A stretch of DNA of 64,000 nt from contig CM120640.1 in NCBI GenBank assembly GCA_051362555.1, forward strand, positions 12,772,001 through 12,836,000, written 5' to 3'. This document shows, in pieces, positions 38,701 through 48,590 of this stretch; the stretch's first letter is position 1, and each line of letters starts with the position of its first letter. Position numbers and translations under genes: made by a program. The notes under the pieces were generated by a model. That model saw nothing but the letters and a program-made list of their open reading frames with translations. It did not search any database and was not told where the DNA came from. This DNA is from Lingula anatina (lineage: Eukaryota > Animalia > Brachiopoda).

Positions 38701-40928
38701 TTATATTGGGGTAGTAACTGTAAACTTATTCATGGTAAGGTACTTCACGGATAATAAATGGGTGGGTAGCTAGCATATTCAGTAATTTGTAAACAGATTG
38801 CTTCCAGTCATGCAATCTACAGAATACTACCGTCCCACAAAAGTGGATTGTGGACAATAGAAGTGTATCAAGTGTCTCTCATACTGTTCTCCATTTGGTC
38901 AAACTCAGAGAAATCGCTGCTGACCAAACAGGTTGTAGGTCCAGAATTAATTCCTGAAGCTATCCTATAGCTGCTAATGCTGTTATGTATACACAAAAGT
39001 GGAGTATATTGTGTATATTTAGTAGCTGAGGCAGGTGCTGCTGGTAAAGAAGGGAGGTGAGATATCTACAACAAGAAGTTAGTTGGTAAAGCTTCTGACA
39101 GTATAAATTAGCTGGTCTTTTATATTACTCTTGATATTTTGCTCATGTAAATTGAAAAAAATTGACTCTATCAAAACAAATGAACTTAGAAGGAATTTTT
39201 GAGAACAATATTTCCAAGAAGCAGACTGATTTTAAAGTGAATTAATGCTTGGTAGATAAGTGTTTTATATATGTGTTCAGCATTTTGTAGAATTCCTAGA
39301 GATAGAATCAATACTTGTGCAAATTACAGTTCACTGTGCAATCAATGACAGACAGCCAGGCTCTAGGATAAAAAGTTGAGGTCTTTCACCCGTGAGCTGT
39401 TTCAGAGGATATTTGCCATATAGACACCAGGGCATGTTTTTAGAATGAAATTGCGTGCAAATGTATCTTTAATCTAGTTATGCTTCCTCCCGTGGGATTG
39501 TTGGAAATTTGTTTATGAACTTGGTAAAAAGCACAGATTTCTAGAATGTCTTTGTTCACTTCATGAATGTGTTCTGGGATTTTTTCCACTGTTCCCATTG
39601 CTTCACAGCCAGCCTGAGTTTTTCGTCCTATGTAAGGTGTGGGTTTTGACTGATCAAATTTGCCAAGGGGGAATCTTTGAAATTCTTTCTATAGGGCATC
39701 AAGATGAACCTCATCCTCAACCAGATCATGTCTGTAAATCAGTTGATCTCATCAAAATGAGATCTACCTATTCCCATAGATCTTAATGGTCAATCCATTA
39801 GAAGATATATAGTGGGGGTTTTGAATGTTAACAGGAAATTGGGGAAAGTTCAGCACCTCTGCAGCTTGTGTTTAGTGAGAAATACCCACAAGGTGGACAG
39901 GTTATCTGTGATCAGGGGGATGATTTCGCAGTGTTGTGGAATGTGAATTTGGGCTTTTGTTTGTTATCCTGTTGGTTAAAAGGATTCCAATTCAAGAAGG
40001 TGGTGTATTCATTTTTCAGTAAGCAGACATGTCACAAATATGTTGTTGTTTTAAGAAGGGGGAAATCGAGAAATGTGGATATTTTGTTTCTTTTGGCCCC
40101 TTGCAGTCATGAGAACACTGGGTTAGAGGTGTTTTGCTTCTGAGTTTAGTTTTGCAATGAAAAGGGGAGAATACTGCTTTTTAATGAAGATTTCTCAAGG
40201 TAATCTATTTTTCCTGTTAACCCTGCACATTTCAATGCCATTTTGCTTCCTCTCCATCTCATGGGTTTGAGGGCTAGTCCTTGATGGCAGTAATATTTAC
40301 CCAAGTATAATATTTGGTATTTAGAAAATGCAATGCATTGATTCCTTAACCTGTCAGGGCAGCAAAAATTGACTTTATTTAATTACCTAAATGAATTTTC
40401 TCTGTTTGGATGAGTCTTTCTACTCTAGGTCATTATTTTTTTGCAACTGTCCAGATTTTGCAAATTTTATGTTTATCAAAAGTTTTAAATTCCTACCATC
40501 CTGCTGTGAAGTTTCAGATTGTGATCACGATCAAGTTATTTCTCCTTAGCACTATCCTTCATGGCCACATATTTTGTTTTGTCTATTTCTTTTTACTCAT
40601 TAAAATATTTTCTTGTTTACAGTATCTGTTTTATAGCAGTGGCCAGCTCACTGGAACCTCAGTTCATTTCAGCTGGCTGCCATGGACAATGCAGAGCAGT
40701 GGAAGAGGTGGAACACTTGCTACATTTATTGAATATTTTATACTGGGAATTATTGTAAAATTAATATCTTATCTTTTCAGTGTCAATTATTTATAGGATT
40801 TCATTCTCACAATTTTTCAATTTCCGGTTATGTGGTTTACCTATAGACAGGTTTGCTCTCACTTTGTTGCTGTGATGAGTTTGTTAGCTGCTATGGTCTT
40901 TATACATGAATTGATCTTATCCTTGCAG

Positions 40929-42517
40929 TTTTGATGACAGCAGCTCCATCAGCAGTGGGGACATAAGTGACACCATCAATGAAATCAGCACTGACGAAAA
41001 CTACAGCAGTCCACAACATAAGACCAAGGGCAGCAAGCAAGGAGCCCTAACCAATGGCAACACTCCACCTAAGTCACATGGTGGCATCCATGGTGATCCT
41101 GCCATGATGGCCGCTGGTTTACCCTGGAGAAAATACTCAGATGGCAGCCTTGGGGTGACTAGTGGTGGAATGCCCAGAAACGAGGGTCCATGGATAAAAC
41201 AAACTGACTTAAAGGCCGGCAGCCCAGGTGCTTATGGGTCATTGCCAAGGAGACCTGGCATGGGGTTGAGCAGAACTTATGACAGAGTTGATGATATTTT
41301 GCAGAACTCTGCAGGAAGTGGAGGCTCTCCACCAGGTCAGGGCTCCCCATGGCTGGGCCAGGATGGAGAAAATGGTCCAAACATGTTCCAAAGGAATCAA
41401 AATGGCAGAGCCAGCAGTGGTCCTGGGTATGGATTTCGCCGGCCAGTCAGCAGCACCAGTGTTGGTTCTATTGGAAGCAATGGCTCCAGAGCCTCGGGAA
41501 GGTACAGCAATGCAGGGATGGTGGGTGGACCCAATTATGAAAACATTGGGCCTTTTACCAATGGTCCCCACAGTCCATATGCCTCTCCTAATATGTTGAA
41601 TGGCAGTAAATCAGTGACTGATATGAATCCTGATGCATTCAGTTCCAACTCTCTGGATAGAAGGCACCGAGGGTTGGCCTCCTCAAAGACTCAGTCTGGC
41701 CTCTCAACCAGCAATGACCGAATAGATCCCGATGCATACAAATCTAGCACCCTGGGACGCAGGCGTCCTGGTGACAGCACCCTGCGTGAAAGGTTATTTG
41801 GCAGTCGGTCCAGTCTGACAGGTGGTAACAAAAAAGACGATGAAGCCACAAACAAGTGCAATAGTACCATCATTTCTAACCCACATGCCACCTTAAGCAG
41901 GAGGTCAGACTCTGGAATACCTGGATCGGGCAAGCAAGGTTTGCCTTTCATGAACGACTTTTTGTCTCCGGACTATGCGCAGAACCATCGAGGCTCTGGA
42001 ATGTATGGCACCGATCCCACCAGTCCTGCCGCCTGGCTGAGATCTGCACAGAACGGCATGCAGCAGATGTCAGGCACAGAGAGCATGGAGTCGCTGTCTT
42101 CTTCTTCCAGTATTCAAGCTCAGATTCAGCAGGCAAGGGCTCTGAGCTTGGCCAATGCTCAGATCCTGGCCCATGCCCGTGGAGGAGGAGCAGCAGGAGA
42201 CGGCGGGCGCGTGGAGAGGTCAAACAGTATCAAATCTTCTCAGTCCGAGAGAGGCTACCCTGTCAACTGCCAAACCAACCCTGATCTACCTCGTACAAAC
42301 TCATATGGCAACTTGGATAATGGTGGTGGTCCTGTGAGTCCAACTCCCAGCAACAGTTCCCAGTCCTCCTCCAGGTTCACCTACCCACTGACTGCCCTCA
42401 GTAGCTCTATGTATACCAGCACTCCCAGCTCAATGGTACATTCAAACAGCTCCCACTCAAACCTGCCCTTTGGTGGACTCCTGGCCATGGCACAACTGGG
42501 GAACAGGAATGACGAAT
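40929..42517 (+). CDS. NAV2: Neuron navigator large internal exon C (1589 bp)
   Basis: Acceptor cttatccttgcag ends at 40928; donor gtgagt at 42518. Joining to exon B (AG|T) gives SFDDSSSISSGDISDTINEISTDEN, matching the conserved NAV block SWDDSSSVSSG-ISDT-D-LSTDD. In frame with the 494-aa ORF. Confidence 0.95.
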
Positions 42518-45270
42518 GTGAGTATAGTACTCTGGCTAAGCTTGGTGCTTATGAAGGGTTGAGAGAAGGTTCGTGCTATATTACTTAGGTCATTTTTGAA
42601 CACAGGTTATGGTATACCATGACGATTATGAGAAAATTGTTAAAATTTATTGGAAGTTTTAATCCTATGTGAAACCTCAGTACTATGCCTTTATTATTTC
42701 ATAAATCCAGTAAAAATATCCTCAGTTTAAGTTCTTTGTAGATGTCACTGTTATGATGTGATGCCGAAAGTTGACAGTTGCAACTTCCAGTATTACAAAA
42801 TAATTTTGAACCTCACCTTAACCCAAGTTTCTGACCATTTCTTAGAAAGCTAATATATGTTAACCTATCATGCAACTTCTATTCCACGTATCCCAGTTTT
42901 TATCTGTGATGTTTCTCAATTTCTTTCATAGTCAGACAGTTAGTGGAATCTCCCCGTCTGCCTGCTTGCATACCCAAACGGATGATTTGCATATTTGCTA
43001 TATATTGATGGAGAGATTGGCTGTAGTTCCAAGACATGTTTCTTTTGGCAAGAGAGTTTTCCTGTACAAAATCCAGTTAGCTCTTGATTTTGGAACTAAC
43101 AGTGATTGAATATTGAATGGATTGTTTTGTCTCGTTCTCAGGAAGTTTTTAAGCGGATGGTATAGAGATCTTTTCTTCATTGCAAAAATTGCATAAAAAA
43201 TTGAAAATATTGAACTTTGCAAAAATCTCCATTCGTGGTCTGATTAACCCTAAGACAACTCAGATGAGTGGCACATTGAACTTCTAGTTCCTTATCCTCA
43301 TGGGTTAAAGAACAGTGTATGTGGTAACTGGCTTAGCAGGAGAAAATAAATTCACCCCTGCTTGCCCTGATTGCCTCAATTCCACCCATTACTGTAACAC
43401 AATGGCAGTGTTATTCAATTGAGGGCAGAAAGTCTGATTTTGATCAGACAGTGGTAATCTTTAGTGCTCAGATTAATTCTTTTAAGTGGAATTGAAAAAA
43501 AAAGTCCGCCTTTCTCAATTGTGTGTGCTTGTAGCCACCAGGGTGTTCTGCTCTTTAGATTATTTTTCTATGTAATCTCTCACAGCTGGTATATCTTGTA
43601 ATGATCCTGTTACATGATCCATTGCTGAGGTGTTCCTGAGCAGAATATTATCATACCTGTTTCCCATTTTTAATAGGGCTTCCTTTTACATATATTCTTG
43701 TTGTAAAAATGACTGCTCGAGGCAATTTTTCTCTTTCCATGAAAAAAAAGCAATCGTGAACCTCAAATTAAGGAGAAAAACCAAACCAAATTTAGTAATC
43801 CAAACTCTGATTTAACTTGAGCATGCCCTGGATTTAATTCTTTCCAAGATACTTGATATTTTATGACGAAGTGTTTGGTTTTTATTAGAACAGAAGATGG
43901 TCTTGCAAGATAAGTTTAGTCTACCCCGAAAGACTGTATAAAAAATATGCCATGCTCAAGGTAGCAATTAAGACACTTGCACCTGTGCAGTGTTATGGGA
44001 TGGGAGATGTCTGCTAATAGAACCCCCACCCAAATGGCTTTAAGGTTTACTGCCTCACCTTCCACCCTCCTATCTCCAAATTAAATCAATATTTTACCAG
44101 TATTTCGCCTTTTGTTGACAGATCTGTTGAATACCTCCCCTGGAATCTTTTTTAAACGAAAGCAGCACAAGAGCTCTTTCAGTAACCCTTATGAAAAATA
44201 ATAGCAGCCACACAAGAATTCAATTAAGATGTGTACAAAAGAAATGCCTTCAAAGGAAATACGAGAGACCTATTTTCATATCCAGTCTAATTTTTTTTCC
44301 TTTCAAAGATTGCTGCAAGGAAATAACAATGTGTGAAGTGATAATTGCCCAGCCCTAGTCCATGATGATCATCTTATGGTGATGACTGACAAGTGGACCC
44401 ATTGGCTCTAAGTGCTAAGAGAGTGACCTTTCAATTTTTTGGCACACCTCATGGAAGATCGGTTTGTTAGCATACCTTTGCTGGGCTAACAAACATCGCA
44501 TCTGGAATTTCTAGGAAATATGCATGATTAAAAAGAGATAAAATGAAAAACTGATTCCTAGGAGTATTCCATCTAACTATATTTTTGATTGACAGTGAAT
44601 TCCATGGAATGTTCGTTGGTAAATTTTCTAGCAACCCTGCAGAGTGAAGAATGTTACCAGAAATATCCACATTTCATAATAAGAATACACACAGCTTCAC
44701 TATATCAGTTGTATTTTTCTTGAGAGATGTTAACTTGAAAGCAAACAGTTGTCTCTGGGTACCAACTCTTGAATTCTCACCTCACTTCAGTAACCTTATA
44801 TTCTAAGGAGGTGTTGAAGAAATAAGATTGATTTTTACTGACTAATACTCAAGTTATAAGTAAGCAACAGCAGTGATTAAGTATTAAGGAAATATTTTCA
44901 TGTCTCTTCTCTGAATTGGCTCAGAAAACAGGTTTAATTTCCTTGATAAATGTGCAACAACTGCTGATACTTTATAAAAAACAACCCGTGAGTTGTCTGA
45001 TTTTTAGGCTCGGTATATTAACTAAATGCAATTTATTTGGTTTGTCAGATTGCCTTAATTTTAGAGCCAATAGAATACCGATTAAGTATGGTTATATATC
45101 CACACAACTCAACGACCTTGTTATTATCTAACAGCCATCTACACTTGTTAAGCTAATTAGGTGTTTCAGGAAATTAAATCAAATGGGAATTGCCTTATCT
45201 GGCTGGGAAAAATAATTTTGAAACAGAAAGTTAACTGTTGGATGTACAAATGTTGACATTGTCTTTCTAG

Positions 45271-45323
45271 TGCATGGGTCGTCACTCTCCCTGCAGTCTT
45301 CATCATCCTCAATATACTCAACT
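45271..45323 (+). CDS. NAV2: Neuron navigator exon D (53 bp), LHGSSLSLQSSSSSIYST
   Basis: Acceptor gtctttctag, donor gtaagt at 45324. Phase 1 in, phase 0 out. Matches the conserved NAV HGSSLSL...SSxYST motif. Confidence 0.92.
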
Positions 45324-45490
45324 GTAAGTACCTCATTTAGAAATCTAACTAAATTTTGAAAAGATGGTTTGAGGTTTGTCATTAACTATAATTTAACAAA
45401 AATGTTTTAAAATAGATTTCTGAAGTGATTTTTAAAAAAATCATTTTGCTATTTAAATAGTTGAATAACCCATTTTACCGTTCATTTTAG

Positions 45491-45514
45491 GCTGAAGAGA
45501 AGCAGAATGCAGAG
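45491..45514 (+). CDS. NAV2: Neuron navigator 24-nt microexon E, AEEKQNAE
   Basis: Acceptor ttcattttag, donor GAG|gtgagt. Fills the conserved xEEKxxxE segment between the YST and IRKL motifs. Confidence 0.9.
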
Positions 45515-45731
45515 GTGAGTTCTGCATGGTACACATTGCAGTAGCAGTCTAAGCACAATTGTGAAGGTTTTTTTACTGTTGCGTTAGTTGAGAAATATTT
45601 GTGTTTGGTTGAGAATGCAATCAGCAGTTTCTATTCTGGTTTTACATGGTTTGGTATTGTAATGTACATTGTAGTGGTGATTTTTCCATGTAGTACAGAT
45701 TTAGTTGAGGTTTTTGTTTTCTGTTGTTTAG

Positions 45732-45806
45732 ATACGCAAGTTGAAGAGAGAACTGGAGTGTGCCACAGAGAAAGTCTCGACCCTAACCAATCAGCTGAGT
45801 ACAAAT
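45732..45806 (+). CDS. NAV2: Neuron navigator exon F (75 bp), coiled coil IRKLKRELECATEKVSTLTNQLSTN
   Basis: Acceptor ttttctgttgtttag, donor gtaagt at 45807. Matches the NAV coiled coil IRKLRREL..SQEKV..LT.QL..N. Confidence 0.95.
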
Positions 45807-46901
45807 GTAAGTGTAGAAGGTTTCTTGGGTTTTGGCAGCATCAGATAGTATTTGTTTGTGTGAGTGCATTTATCATGATAGATTTCGATGAAGATAGAAT
45901 TTTTTGTCATGTTAATGATTTTATTATTATTATTTTAATTTCTAGTTTGGTGTGTTGTTTGTAAAATAAATAAGGACATGTTATTACGTTGATAGTAATC
46001 CAAAGGGTCTGTAAGAAAAATACAGCTGGGAAAAAAGTCAATGTGGCAGGTTTTGATAAAGGCTTTCATAAAAATGTATAACATTTAAAGAAACTGAGAT
46101 TATCAAGATATCTGGGTCTGAAATGAAGTAATTATCAATCACAATTACTTAAGTGCCATAATTATTCTGCTATTTGATTAAAGTTTGAATATTATTATTT
46201 TGTTTACATTCTTTTGTATATGTTTGATTTTGCTCCATTTCAAATGTTTACTTTATTTATTCTCATTCCATTTGCTACCAAAAACAACAAAGAAACAACG
46301 TCAGTTGTCTATTATGCATGAGAAAAATATGGACTCTAAAAGGACATATATTTGCCGAGTTATGTAATTTTACTTCTGTGAATGGAGGTCAAATCTTTAT
46401 ATATTACCTGAGGCTGTACATTAGGTCCTATTATTTACCTGGAAAATCAATAGGGAAGATAATATTTAACTTATTGAGTGTTCATTCATCTGTGTGATGG
46501 GCCCATTTTGTATCCTAGCTATGTGCTCTTCATTAGGCGTAATTGTTTGAAAAGACTTGGGCATGGAGAGTGTTGCTCATTTTTGTTTAATGAACATAAA
46601 AACTAGGCACAAGAGTATGTCAAACAGTAAATGAATAAGAAAACAAAATGAACATATTGTTTTTTAGAATAAAAGGTACAGAGTTAGCCAATGCAAACAC
46701 TTTGTAAACAGCTTTTCCAACTAACTGAAGACCAAATGTAGGCATGTAGACGAATATGTATTCGGTAATCTGAACTTCTAGTCTTTCAAACCTAGATATG
46801 TACTTGACATTACAGTATGCAAAAATCATGTCAGCAATTACAAAACTGTTATTATCCATATAAAAAACAAATAGCTCTGGAGCTAAAAGACATTCCAGCA
46901 A

Positions 46902-47069
46902 AAAGATCATGTTCAACCTCTGATGTCGGATATCTTTGATCAGTTCATATCTTAAAAGTTCGTCCAAATTTCTAAAAGTGCTTGTAAAGATCATCTTCAC
47001 ACACCAATGAATCAAATCTTTGATCCATTCATATCTTGTAAGTTTCAGTGAATTTTTCAAATGCCTAGG
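46902..47069. repeat. Diverged 84-bp tandem duplication
   Basis: aaagatcat at 46902 and 46986; atctttgatc at 46932 and 47016; ttcatatctt repeats at the same 84-bp offset. Confidence 0.8.
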
Positions 47070-48333
47070 TATGTTGATGTATAAGTTTTTGGAGTCCAGT
47101 TGGTATGAAAGATACAAGCTTTCTACAAGCAACATGTGCCCCTAATTCTGGAAAGACCCTTGGGCGTTAAATTCTTTCTAGTGAAAGATGGGAGCTAACT
47201 ACTAATCTAATGGCAATTAAGGTGAGAAACATGTTTGATATTATGTGGCTGACCATCGATTGATTGCCTTTCCTTAAATTCCTAATTTAGTCTTGGTGCT
47301 TCTTTCCCTCTGCTGACTTACTGAAAGTGCAGGAGTTTCAAATGACAGTTAACAGGGTTTATAAAAATCTGCAGCCCTAGCCGATAATTGTTAACTCAGA
47401 CAGCTTGAACTGTGGATGTCTTTTATTACTGGCCATGGGGATTATTGAATTGGTACACTACTGGTGCTAAAGAGAAAAAAGGGAAATTCTCTTTACATGG
47501 AAGCCAAACACACATCATTAAAGGAGAATTCAATCAAAATATTATATCATTTCTACAATTTCTGTATTTGATCCTCAAGCAGATTTTGGTTTTTTTCCAG
47601 GTCTGCCAATTTGATTGTGGTTTATGCCAGTTTTATCAGTTTGTGTAGAGCGTTTCATTATTAATCTAGTACATCGGATATACAAAAGACAGAAGTCCTG
47701 TTTTAATATTGAACCATTAAAACAATCGCTATGATTATTGCTGATAATACAACCTTAGAGAATTTACAACAGGTTTTTTTTTTGTAGATACCGTCATCAT
47801 ATGCTAAAGATCTGGGATGGTTCTTCACTCTACTATATAACCTAAAGTTATCAGATTGTATATACTAGCTTTCTCAGAAGTTTAGAACCTAACAGCACTG
47901 GTCATCAGATAACTGTTTGAAGAAACTACCTCCAGGAGTGCTTCTATCTTCCACATCAACACATGGCCAGGATTTATTTTTCTTGCAAAATATTGTTATC
48001 AGAGGGAATAAGCAACCAGCAGAGGATGATGGGCCTGGAAGATAAAAAAAAGCTCAAAAAGATATAGCATCTACTAGGTGATGTGAATGGATGTATTCTT
48101 CAAGGGATACTTCCTGTGGATTTCCTGGGTTTTTTTTCCTATTTCATATTTTGATTTAATTGCATTCAGAAAGCACAGCTGTTAGATAGGCTTCACACTC
48201 AGAGAAAGGCCCTTTCATTTTGTTCCATTTTTAGAGTCCGATAAAGCTTAAAAAAGAAATACCTTGCCGGTTGTATTTAGGTTTCCATATTATTTCCTTC
48301 ATTTTTGCGGTTGATAAAGTTTAAAACGTCTTA

Positions 48334-48590
48334 GGCTTCATTCACATGCAATGTCTATTTTCTAAATTCTATTTTCTATTCGCGGTATGTCTTATAATCT
48401 CAGTCTGTGCCCTGAATATCCCGTGGTGTAATTACTGGCAGCGCGAGCCAGTTACTATAAGTTACTATAAGTAACTGGCTCGCGCTGCCAGTAATTACGC
48501 GGCGGGATATTCAGGGCACAGACTGAGATTATAAGATAGCGCGAATAGAAAATAGAATTTAGAAAATAGACATTGCATGTGAACGAAGCC
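48334..48590. mobile_element. 257-bp fold-back (hairpin) MITE
   Basis: The whole element is an inverted repeat with arms of about 120 bp (GGCTTCATTCACATGCAATGTCTATTTTC... / ...GAAAATAGACATTGCATGTGAACGAAGCC) and few mismatches. Flanks are TTA / TAA (TA or TWA target). The centre carries a duplicated gttactataa. Confidence 0.9.

Noticed and set aside
41104-42588. 494-aa ORF as a complete gene, including the tail CEYSTLAKLGAYEGLREGSCYIT
   Set aside because: The frame is open from the acceptor at 40929. The tail is read-through past the donor at 42518, and NAV similarity resumes at 45271.
44480-44670. Repeated ggaatt/ttcc motifs and CAACCCTG resembling an old hAT end (similar hints near 33200 and 51500)
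   Set aside because: No matching opposite terminus or TSD could be identified.
45599-45964. 121-aa ORF overlapping exon F
   Set aside because: It is in a different frame from the conserved NAV peptide and consists mostly of translated T-rich intron.
46902-47069. C2H2 zinc-finger array suggested by the 84-bp period
   Set aside because: No CxxC...HxxxH or TGEKP pattern in the frames I read.
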